Positions 1 through 5,798 of a stretch of 5,887 bases of DNA are shown piece by piece; position 1 is the first letter of the stretch, and every line of letters starts with the position of its first letter. The notes beneath the pieces were generated by a model. That model saw only the letters and a list, made by a program, of their open reading frames with translations, was not told the origin of the DNA and did not search any database. The translations under genes were made by a program, and so were the position numbers. Source of the stretch: an uncultured Methanosarcinales archaeon (GTDB lineage Archaea; Nanobdellota; Nanobdellia; Woesearchaeales; GW2011-AR9); NCBI GenBank assembly GCA_964542815.1, contig CAZIUU010000012.1, positions 26,114-32,000 of the forward strand. Direction: 5' to 3'.

Positions 1-1008
1 AAGCTGTGCTACTACACGTTTTTCTACATCACCATATGCTTCTTCCCTTTTTGGAGCAATTGCATCAATTTCATCTATGAATATTACACCTGGTGAGTTT
101 TCTTTTGCTTCCTTGAATATGTCACGAAGTCTTGCCTCAGTTTCTCCGTAATACTTGTTCATTATTTCCGGACCATTAATAACAATGAAGTGAGAGTTAG
201 TTTCTGAAGCTACAGCTCGAGCCAGCAAAGTTTTACCGGTTCCCGGCGGGCCATGCAATAGCAATCCTTTAGGGGGCTCAATGCCTAACCTTTCAAATAT
301 CTCCGGATGTTTTAATGGCAGTTCTACCATTTCACGTATTTTTTTAATTTCATCGCCTAAGCCGCCGATATCTTCGTAATTTATTCCCGGAGCAGCTTCT
401 TCAGCTTCACTTATTTCTACCGCTTGAGGATTGAATTCTACTTCAGTTTCATCAGTTACCACTACAATTTCCTTCTTAGGATTGGTATCAATAACTCTAA
501 AATGAAGGTTTCCAAAGCCAAATCCGGCAAACTGGTTTTCTAAAGCCGAGAAGACGTCATCAATATCACGTCCGGGATCAACAAATCCCATCCTTCTTCT
601 GCCCGTCCGGCGTAATGCCACCAAGTCGCCCTTGACTAATGCTTTTCCCAGCAACCCCTGTTTGAATAGGTTAGGATGAGCCCGAATCATAACACCTTTG
701 TTTACTGGAGCAATTACCACTTTTTTAGCAGAATGAGCTTCAGTTTTTTTAACAAATACTAATTCTCCAATAGAAGTTTTGGCATTCTTTCTGGTGTTGC
801 CATCCATACGGATAATATTTAAGCCAATATCTCCAGGATAAGAACGGTCAACTATAGCTGCTGTTATCCTTTCTCCTCTGACTTCTACAATATCACCAGG
901 ATTTACGCCTAACTGGCGCATGAAAGAAGAATCAATTTTAACTAGACCTTTATTTACATCATCTTGTACTGCTTCCATTACTTTAAGCTTGATTTCTTGG
1001 TTAGGCAT
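1..1008 (-). CDS. cdc48: CDC48/VCP/p97-type AAA+ ATPase, N-terminal part (N domain plus start of D1); the 3' end lies beyond the left window edge
   Basis: Missing from the supplied ORF track because no stop codon falls in the window. My minus-strand translation from the ATG at 1008-1006 stays open for all 336 codons down to position 1. It begins [53 protein letters not shown], a CDC48 N-domain pattern. It continues through [59 protein letters not shown] (Walker A, nt ~229-252) and [18 protein letters not shown] (Walker B). Confidence 0.93.
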   Translation of the reverse strand, partial: MPNQEIKLKVMEAVQDDVNKGLVKIDSSFMRQLGVNPGDIVEVRGERITAAIVDRSYPGDIGLNIIRMDGNTRKNAKTSIGELVFVKKTEAHSAKKVVIAPVNKGVMIRAHPNLFKQGLLGKALVKGDLVALRRTGRRRMGFVDPGRDIDDVFSALENQFAGFGFGNLHFRVIDTNPKKEIVVVTDETEVEFNPQAVEISEAEEAAPGINYEDIGGLGDEIKKIREMVELPLKHPEIFERLGIEPPKGLLLHGPPGTGKTLLARAVASETNSHFIVINGPEIMNKYYGETEARLRDIFKEAKENSPGVIFIDEIDAIAPKREEAYGDVEKRVVAQL

Positions 1009-1026
1009 AGCTTATTTTAAAGGGAG

Positions 1027-1039
1027 TTTATATATAAAA
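1027..1039 (-). promoter_or_regulatory. Putative archaeal TATA box for cdc48
   Basis: The minus strand reads cTTTTATATATAAActccctttaaaataagctATG. The TTTATATA core ends about 22 nt upstream of the ATG at 1008, which fits a leaderless or very short-leader archaeal mRNA. Confidence 0.5.
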
Positions 1040-1088
1040 GTTGTGGTGTTACCATTGATAAATTTACTTTTGCAAAAGGAAATAATAC

Positions 1089-1574
1089 CTAATTCTCAAT
1101 AAAGCTCTGTAAAGAAAGATTGACTAAATTCTCTTTAGCCTGCATCTCTTTGAACTGAGGCTCAATTTTTATCATTACCTGCTCATCGCAGAAGGATCTT
1201 ACTAAAGGAACACCTTTTCCGCTCAGGCTGGAAATACATTCCGGAACTACGGCGCAAGATACTTGAGAACGTTCGGCTACTTCACGGTAAGTGAGAGGCG
1301 CTTCTTCGGTGTATAATACCAAAAAAACTTTCCTCTCCAGCTGATTTAAAGGAACAATGCTGGGTTTAGGAACTGGAGTTCCATTTTCCGCAGAATTCAA
1401 TTGTATTCGGTCCAACCGTTGCGAAAGCTTTTCAACTTTTACTTCAATCTGTTGTAGATAGTCAAACAGTGATTGTATCTCCTGCGTGTTATCATTAATT
1501 CCGCTTAAATGCTCCTCCAGAGCCTGGCGGACTTTTTGCAGTTCCAGCTGTATACTTTCATCTACATTAGACAT
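1089..1574 (-). CDS. DNA-binding protein: N-terminal coiled coil plus C-terminal winged helix-turn-helix (TrmB/MarR-like); putative transcription regulator
   Basis: The track ORF 1089-1580 starts at TTG. An in-frame ATG two codons downstream (1574-1572) gives MSNVDESIQLELQKVRQALEEHL. Residues ~1-60 are heptad-like and charged (coiled coil). A Pro-rich linker (GTPVPKPSIVP) follows. The C-terminus reads LNQLERKVFLVLYTEEAPLTYREVAERSQVSCAVVPECISSLSGKGVPLVR, the typical helix-turn-helix-wing pattern of archaeal wHTH regulators. Confidence 0.65.
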   Translation of the reverse strand: MSNVDESIQLELQKVRQALEEHLSGINDNTQEIQSLFDYLQQIEVKVEKLSQRLDRIQLNSAENGTPVPKPSIVPLNQLERKVFLVLYTEEAPLTYREVAERSQVSCAVVPECISSLSGKGVPLVRSFCDEQVMIKIEPQFKEMQAKENLVNLSLQSFIEN

Positions 1575-1721
1575 TTTCAAATCACAGATTTAATCTCTTT
1601 TCGCAACCTAATACGCGACGTTTATACATCTCGTATCTACCATCCACACCGAGAATTGGAATAACGAGGTGGTTTAAATAGCTTTCGTTTCAGCTTTAAA
1701 TTTCACTAGGGAATGATTAAC

Positions 1722-1729
1722 TTATTTTA
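1722..1729 (+). promoter_or_regulatory. Putative TATA box for the methyltransferase gene
   Basis: TTATTTTA ends 26 nt upstream of the ATG at 1756, and there is no SD-like motif in between. This fits a leaderless transcript. Confidence 0.4.
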
Positions 1730-1755
1730 TTGAAGAAAAGTGTCTTCGTATTAAA

Positions 1756-2376
1756 ATGTCTTTCCGCTCCAAAAAAGAATTGGAACTTGAACTAAGCAAG
1801 CTGAAAGCATTTGAAACGCCTTCAGTTAAGCTGGAACAATATTCTACTCCGGCACATATCGCTGCCGAATGGGTGTGGAACATGGCGATGAAGAGAGAAG
1901 TTGCCGGGAGAGTGATTTTAGATGCTGGCTGTGGAAATGGTATACTTGGATTAGGATTACTGTTATTGGGAGCAAAGAAAGTTTATTTTTTGGATACGGA
2001 TAAAACTGCGTTAGATATTTGTATCCAAAATTATAATCTACTAAAAGAAGAATATGAAATTGAAGAAGCCCAGTTTATCCATAGCGATATTTCGTTGTTT
2101 GATGGGGAAGTGGACATGGTAGTGCAAAACCCTCCCTTTGGAACGAAAGAAGAGCATGCCGACAAGAGGTTTTTGGAGAAAGCATTTTCAGTAGCAAAGA
2201 TAGTTTATTCCATGCATAAATATTCTACGGCATCATTTGTAGAAGCCATCTGTAAAGACTTCAGGTTTAAGATAACGGAGTTGTGGCGGTATGAACTGCC
2301 GATAAAGGCTACGTTTAAGTTCCACGAGAAGCCGGTGAAGTTTATTGACGTAGCAGTGTGGAGGATGGAGAAATAA
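1756..2376 (+). CDS. METTL5-family SAM-dependent RNA (N6-adenine) methyltransferase (COG2263-type)
   Basis: The 206-aa product is collinear with my recollection of METTL5 along its whole length. Matching blocks are KKELELELSKLKAFETPSVKLEQYSTPAHIAAEWVW (family signature LEQY.T.PHIAA), LDAGCGNGILGLGLLLLGAKKVYFLDTD (SAM motif I), VVQNPPFGTK (NPPF motif IV), and VYSMHKYST plus RYELPIKATFKFHEKP at the C-terminus. Confidence 0.9.
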   Translation: MSFRSKKELELELSKLKAFETPSVKLEQYSTPAHIAAEWVWNMAMKREVAGRVILDAGCGNGILGLGLLLLGAKKVYFLDTDKTALDICIQNYNLLKEEYEIEEAQFIHSDISLFDGEVDMVVQNPPFGTKEEHADKRFLEKAFSVAKIVYSMHKYSTASFVEAICKDFRFKITELWRYELPIKATFKFHEKPVKFIDVAVWRMEK

Positions 2377-2892
2377 TTACCTTTCTTTCCAATCCACAAA
2401 ATTATCTTTCTTTCTGTTGATGAAGAATAAAGTTACAAAGAAAGTAACCACCAAAATCACAAACCCAATCTTGCTTTTGCTTTGGAAGTACATCAACGTA
2501 GCTACAAACGTGGTTACGATACTACCCATGAATAAACCCATTACAATGGAATCCTGGAATTTGATGAATAGAGCGATGAGAAGAATGATTAGGTTAAATA
2601 TGATGATGAACATATACTTCTGCCCTTCATAGGCATTCTTATCCTGCTCCCAAGTTTTCTGTTCGGTAAAATACTGTTTTTGGCATTGTTCCTGCTTATC
2701 GGAAATGGCTACAGATTGAGCTTCACTGACTTTTTCAATAGCGGGATAAGGGTATTTGCTGTAACAATCCGGCCCTTGATAAAATGAATCTGTACCAGTA
2801 TATTTGGGAAAGAATACATTTGCTCCTAGGAATACCATGGGAACATAAAGTAAAACAATTATCAACACATATAATAGTTTAGTCCAGTTCAT
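2377..2892 (-). CDS. Integral membrane protein of unknown function (4 predicted TM helices with a Cys-containing extracytoplasmic loop)
   Basis: 171 aa. The N-terminal hydrophobic helix is WTKLLYVLIIVLLYVPMVFLGANVFF. A polar segment of ~70 aa follows, containing GPDCYSKYPYP and EQCQKQYF. Three further hydrophobic helices follow (YMFIIIFNLIILLIALFI, IVMGLFMGSIVTTFVATLMYF, IGFVILVVTFFVTLFFI). I recognise no family. Confidence 0.72.
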   Translation of the reverse strand: MNWTKLLYVLIIVLLYVPMVFLGANVFFPKYTGTDSFYQGPDCYSKYPYPAIEKVSEAQSVAISDKQEQCQKQYFTEQKTWEQDKNAYEGQKYMFIIIFNLIILLIALFIKFQDSIVMGLFMGSIVTTFVATLMYFQSKSKIGFVILVVTFFVTLFFINRKKDNFVDWKER

Positions 2893-2925
2893 TTTTGCTT
2901 CAAACAGAGTGAAAAAGGGAAAAAG

Positions 2926-2933
2926 TATTTAAA
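2926..2933. promoter_or_regulatory. TATA-like octamer TATTTAAA in the 69-nt divergent intergenic region, possibly serving both flanking genes
   Basis: It lies 28 nt upstream of the plus-strand ATG at 2962, preceded by the purine-rich BRE-like stretch GGGAAAAAG. It also lies 33 nt upstream of the minus-strand ATG at 2892. It is the only TATA-like element in the spacer. Confidence 0.45.
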
Positions 2934-2961
2934 GGTTCCCCTACTTCCTCCTATTACCAAG

Positions 2962-3585
2962 ATGTATCTTAAAATGATAAAACTAGCCCAAGGCGCAGAA
3001 GCGGTTATCTTTCGTGAAGGAGATAGAGTTATCAAAGAACGATTGAGCAAAGGTTATCGCATTCCGGAGATAGATGAAGCTTTACGCAAGTTCCGAACTA
3101 GAAGAGAAGCCAAGATATTACAGAGATTAGATGAGATACAGTTTCCTGCTCCACATTTACAAGAGTTTTCCGATAAGAGAATGTCTATTACTATGGATTT
3201 TCTTCCCGGGGAGAAGCTGAGAGATGTGTTGGAGAAAGGAGATGAGTATCAAGGATTGGCTAAAGAATTAGGCATGAAAATAGGAAAGCTTCATGCGCAG
3301 AATATTGTTCACGGAGACTTAACTACTTCAAATCTGTTAGTAGCGCCACAAACCAGAGAATTGAGCTTCATTGATTTCGGCTTGTCGATATTTTCGGATA
3401 AAGTAGAAGATAAAGCCGTAGATTTGTTCTTATTGGATAGAGCATTAGAAAGCAAGCATTACCAATTGTATCCGGAGATATTTGAGCAGATTATAGAAGG
3501 GTATAAAGAAGCTTATCCGGAAGCGGCAACAGTTTTGGACCGATTTAATGCCGTGATGAAAAGGGGCAGGAATAAGAAGAAGTGA
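2962..3585 (+). CDS. bud32: Bud32/PRPK atypical protein kinase, KEOPS complex subunit (tRNA t6A pathway)
   Basis: 207 aa with the small RIO-like kinase layout of Bud32. Motifs are LAQGAEAVIF (Gly-rich loop variant GAEA), RVIKER (beta3 Lys), RTRREAKILQRL, HGDLTTSNLL (catalytic loop), FIDFGLS (DFG equivalent) and DKAVDLFLLDRALES. An alternative start at ATG 2974 (MIKLAQGAEA) looks more like typical Bud32 N-termini. ATG 2962 fits the TATA spacing better. Confidence 0.9.
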   Translation: MYLKMIKLAQGAEAVIFREGDRVIKERLSKGYRIPEIDEALRKFRTRREAKILQRLDEIQFPAPHLQEFSDKRMSITMDFLPGEKLRDVLEKGDEYQGLAKELGMKIGKLHAQNIVHGDLTTSNLLVAPQTRELSFIDFGLSIFSDKVEDKAVDLFLLDRALESKHYQLYPEIFEQIIEGYKEAYPEAATVLDRFNAVMKRGRNKKK

Positions 3586-3610
3586 ATGGAGAATAGACAG
3601 AAAAGAATAA

Positions 3611-4156
3611 TCACTCTTCTCGACTTGCCCTAATATTCGCCATCATGAAAGCATGCTCTAAGAAAACATCCCGAAAAGTCTGCGAAGGGTCAGGATCAGA
3701 ACTGGAAAATCCGCCTTTGCTTTTGGCAGAGAGCAATAAAATCCGGAATAAAGTATCTGATTCATATTGGTTCATAATCTGCCCTAATTCTTTAATATTC
3801 AGGTCAACATAATTTCCATCACATGCATCCAAACGGTCACTACGATAAACTTGGGTGTACTCATTTCTTACGTTGGTATTAATGTGTTGTGCAGCCGAAA
3901 GCAGGTACATTTTATCAATGCCATAGCGAGCTCTCATCTCCAGGCTTTGAGCTCTGACTTTTTCATTTTCTTCAATAGATTTAGTTCCGGCAGTAGTATC
4001 CACCAACAAAAGCGAAGTCTCCTCGCCATCTTTTTGAAAGCCTTGGTAAAGTAAGCCAGTATAATTGTTTCTAATCTGTTTCCCAAATTGTCGGTAAAGA
4101 TGACAGACTATATCTATATCATCAGCTGGTTTTTTGAATACGCCCCCACCATGCAT
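3611..4156 (-). CDS. Hypothetical cytoplasmic protein (181 aa), last gene of the minus-strand operon; no recognisable family
   Basis: ATG-initiated ORF (MHGGGVFKKPADDIDIV...) starting 4 nt after the stop of the upstream ORF. It has no signal peptide or TM segment. The sequence downstream of its stop is T-rich on the minus strand (ttattcttttctgtctattc). The antisense ORF 3851-4054 is shorter and I consider it spurious. Confidence 0.68.
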   Translation of the reverse strand: MHGGGVFKKPADDIDIVCHLYRQFGKQIRNNYTGLLYQGFQKDGEETSLLLVDTTAGTKSIEENEKVRAQSLEMRARYGIDKMYLLSAAQHINTNVRNEYTQVYRSDRLDACDGNYVDLNIKELGQIMNQYESDTLFRILLLSAKSKGGFSSSDPDPSQTFRDVFLEHAFMMANIRASREE

Positions 4157-4160
4157 TTCA

Positions 4161-4724
4161 CTAAACTTTACGCAGGCGAGGTTCAGTATTCAGCATTGCA
4201 AGCACATAATCTGGTAAAGTATCTAAATTCTTATTTCTTCCCTCATTAATTTTCATCCTCTCCACAAGCAGCCTTCTTTCTTCTGCTCTTTTGAGTGCAG
4301 GAAATTCTCCGGCTAACCTGCGAAAATCTTCTAAAGTGAACGTCTTTACTTGCTGAATGATTGGATGCCTCTCTCCATACTCGGGAAACCATTCAGGGCG
4401 GGGCGGGCAACGAGCCCAGTCAGAGACGTCTTCTCCCCGGGCTTGCTCTCTTTGTATATAATAGTTCTGATTCCTAAAAGGAAGTACGGATGTACCAACA
4501 GGATAAACTAGACTAGTATGACTGAATCGTTCATCATAATAAAAACGGTGTGGAGCAGGCTCTAAATTGGTATCATCTTTGTAAAGAGGATTCAGAAAAC
4601 ACAAATCGTAATCTGAAGCTTCACAATTAGGTTCGGGCTTAACAAACCTGCTTTGAATGATCCTATTATCTCCGTTAGTAATAAACACGTCCTTATCAGT
4701 GATATAAACTCTGGCTTCTAACAT
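4161..4724 (-). CDS. Hypothetical protein (187 aa), paralogue B of the 5252-5797 product
   Basis: The ATG lies 2 nt after the upstream stop. A GGTGG(A) SD at 4732-4736 sits 7 nt upstream of it. The product shares ordered motif blocks with the 5252-5797 product (see findings). Confidence 0.75.
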   Translation of the reverse strand: MLEARVYITDKDVFITNGDNRIIQSRFVKPEPNCEASDYDLCFLNPLYKDDTNLEPAPHRFYYDERFSHTSLVYPVGTSVLPFRNQNYYIQREQARGEDVSDWARCPPRPEWFPEYGERHPIIQQVKTFTLEDFRRLAGEFPALKRAEERRLLVERMKINEGRNKNLDTLPDYVLAMLNTEPRLRKV

Positions 4725-4726
4725 TT

Positions 4727-5194
4727 CTATTCCACCTTCCGTAAACTCTTATCTCTAACCTTTTTTCCCTTTCTAACACACTTTTGGTAATTTAATTCTG
4801 CTGCTTCCAGGCAAAGTCTGGCCGCAGAATACACTGGCGGAAGTTCTTTTCCTAAATATTTAGTCAACTTGCCAGCACAGCTTTCCGGTTTATGGTTTTG
4901 CCCAGTAGAGCCGCTTTCTTTTTGGCTGGCATCTAAACAAGCACGGGCATCATGGTTAGCTTTATCCATAATCTCTTGCCTTTTCTGGCCCAAGTTGGTT
5001 ACACAATAGTGCATATCTGTGCGATATTGACCAGAACATTCTACTTCCCAGCGAATAGAGTTTCCCCTTTCTTCCAGTTCTTTTAGGTATTCCTCTGATT
5101 TTCTTAACAAGTCATTTGGATTACCCTCAGCCAGGCTAGGAGAAGCATAAGCTATAACTATAGCCGCCAGTCCGGATATAATTGTGTTTCTCAT
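4727..5194 (-). CDS. Secreted small protein with 6 cysteines (155 aa precursor), predicted helical; unknown function
   Basis: The track start at 5209 is a TTG lying inside the sequence tTTGGAGGcaacaaagATG. I place the start at ATG 5194-5192, with GGAGG (5203-5207) 8 nt upstream. The N-terminus MRNTIISGLAAIVIAYASPSLA|EG is a classic Sec signal peptide: a basic n-region, a hydrophobic core and an A-x-A-like cleavage site. The mature part has Cys in EVECSG, HYCVTN, ARACLD, PESCAGK, ARLCLE and QKCVRK. Confidence 0.75.
   Translation of the reverse strand: MRNTIISGLAAIVIAYASPSLAEGNPNDLLRKSEEYLKELEERGNSIRWEVECSGQYRTDMHYCVTNLGQKRQEIMDKANHDARACLDASQKESGSTGQNHKPESCAGKLTKYLGKELPPVYSAARLCLEAAELNYQKCVRKGKKVRDKSLRKVE
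4732..4736 (-). promoter_or_regulatory. Shine-Dalgarno-like GGTGG for ORF 4161-4724, embedded in the 3' end of the preceding ORF
   Basis: The minus strand reads gAAGGTGGAatagaaATG. The motif is complementary to the conserved 3' end of 16S rRNA (anti-SD CCUCC/CACCUCC). Spacing is 7 nt. Confidence 0.55.
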
Positions 5195-5202
5195 CTTTGT
5201 TG

Positions 5203-5207
5203 CCTCC
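5203..5207 (-). promoter_or_regulatory. Shine-Dalgarno GGAGG for the secreted-protein ORF
   Basis: Perfect GGAGG on the minus strand, 8 nt upstream of ATG 5194. Confidence 0.65.
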
Positions 5208-5251
5208 AAAAATTAGGTTTAACTTATTTTCATTCACTCTAGTCTTTTTCT

Positions 5252-5797
5252 TCATCTCTCTGCTTGCAGGAAATCCAGCATGGACCTTAGAGCAGGATTT
5301 CTTCCTTCTTCTAACTCTCTGATTCTATCTTCTAACTCTCGGATTTGGCTAGAGACACTTGCATTTTCAGCAGTACGGCTGGCACTATATCTTTCATAAA
5401 GATTCCGTAGTTCTGAACCGTTGAGCACTCTAACTTCCTGAACTATCGGATATTTCTGCCCATACTCTTTCGGCCAATAGGACCTTAAATGCGGTGGTTT
5501 TCCTTCGTCATCAAATTGGCGAACATGTGCCACTCCGATAAAATTAGGCACTAATCTGGTTCCGGTTGTAAAAGTAAAATCGAGGTGGTAATCTATATCT
5601 CTTCTTTCGTCTATAGCTGAAGGGTCTACATTTCCCCTAACGTATCCTAACCCGGTAAAATGGGGATGAGGAATTCTTCTCCCGAGAATATCATTTCTCT
5701 GGTCGGTAAGAAAATCATCTAGATCTGTGGTGTATAAGCGCAATTCCTTCACTCTAGAAAGGTCTATTTTCCAATCCAGATCAGATAAGTCGGCCAT
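5252..5797 (-). CDS. Hypothetical protein (181 aa), paralogue A of the 4161-4724 product; C-terminal coiled coil
   Basis: ATG-initiated ORF (MADLSDLDWKIDLSRVKELRLYTTD...) with GGAGGGG 8-10 nt upstream. It has no Cys, signal peptide or TM segment. The C-terminal heptad segment is SSQIRELEDRIRELEEGRN. Confidence 0.8.
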   Translation of the reverse strand: MADLSDLDWKIDLSRVKELRLYTTDLDDFLTDQRNDILGRRIPHPHFTGLGYVRGNVDPSAIDERRDIDYHLDFTFTTGTRLVPNFIGVAHVRQFDDEGKPPHLRSYWPKEYGQKYPIVQEVRVLNGSELRNLYERYSASRTAENASVSSQIRELEDRIRELEEGRNPALRSMLDFLQAER

Positions 5798-5798
5798 T

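Noticed and set aside
1067-1078. Perfect 12-nt palindrome CTTTTGCAAAAG between the wHTH gene stop and the cdc48 TATA box
   Set aside because: It could be an operator. However, several palindromes with 6-bp half-sites are expected by chance in ~6 kb of A/T-rich DNA, the 2-nt loop rules out a hairpin terminator, and there is no second copy in the window.
920-1102. 60-aa plus-strand ORF from the track
   Set aside because: It lies antisense to the strongly supported cdc48 N-domain coding sequence and runs across the cdc48 promoter. The product is low-complexity and hydrophobic with no motif. It is most likely a shadow ORF.
1578-1580. TTG start used by the track for the wHTH ORF; likewise TTG 5207-5209 for the secreted-protein ORF
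   Set aside because: Both have an in-frame ATG a few codons downstream (1574 and 5194). At 5209 the TTG overlaps the GGAGG that is ideally spaced for ATG 5194, and that ATG gives a canonical signal peptide.
2205-2399. 64-aa minus-strand ORF from the track
   Set aside because: It is antisense to the 3' end of the well-supported METTL5-like gene and overlaps the stop of the membrane-protein gene in another frame. No independent support.
2417-2632. 71-aa plus-strand ORF from the track
   Set aside because: It is antisense to the TM-helix-encoding part of the membrane-protein gene. Hydrophobic-helix codons commonly leave the opposite strand open. The Lys/Asn/Met-rich product looks non-biological.
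3851-4054. 67-aa plus-strand ORF from the track
   Set aside because: It is fully nested antisense within the longer 3611-4156 ORF, which is translationally coupled to its upstream neighbour. No RBS or promoter is evident.
3611-4156. Possible MPN/JAMM metalloprotease-like pattern in the 181-aa orphan (TGLLYQGF ... AAQHINTNVRNEYTQVYRSDRLD resembling E-x-G-LL-G ... H-x-H-x7-S-x2-D)
   Set aside because: The motif is not intact: it reads H-x-N instead of H-x-H, the upstream Glu is absent and the spacing is off. The resemblance is too weak to call without a profile search.
4396-4407. G-run cluster GGGCGGGGCGGG on the plus strand (G-quadruplex-like, local GC ~67%)
   Set aside because: There are only three G-runs, and it is the antisense of Pro/Arg codons (CPPRPEW) in ORF 4161-4724. 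Coding constraint explains it.
5307-5340. 13-nt direct repeat tcttctaactctc at 5307-5319 and 5328-5340 (21-nt period)
   Set aside because: It lies inside the coding sequence and corresponds to the heptad duplication RELEDRIRELEE of a coiled coil (21 nt = 7 aa). There are only two copies with no spacer architecture. It is not a CRISPR or regulatory repeat.
4161-5797. Idea that the paralogues are E2-like (HPH in RRIPHPHF) or ADP-ribosyltransferase-like (conserved His, Tyr, Glu)
   Set aside because: Paralogue A has no cysteine, and the HPH tripeptide is not conserved in paralogue B, so an E2 fold is unsupported. The H/Y/E coincidence is generic and cannot be judged without structure prediction.
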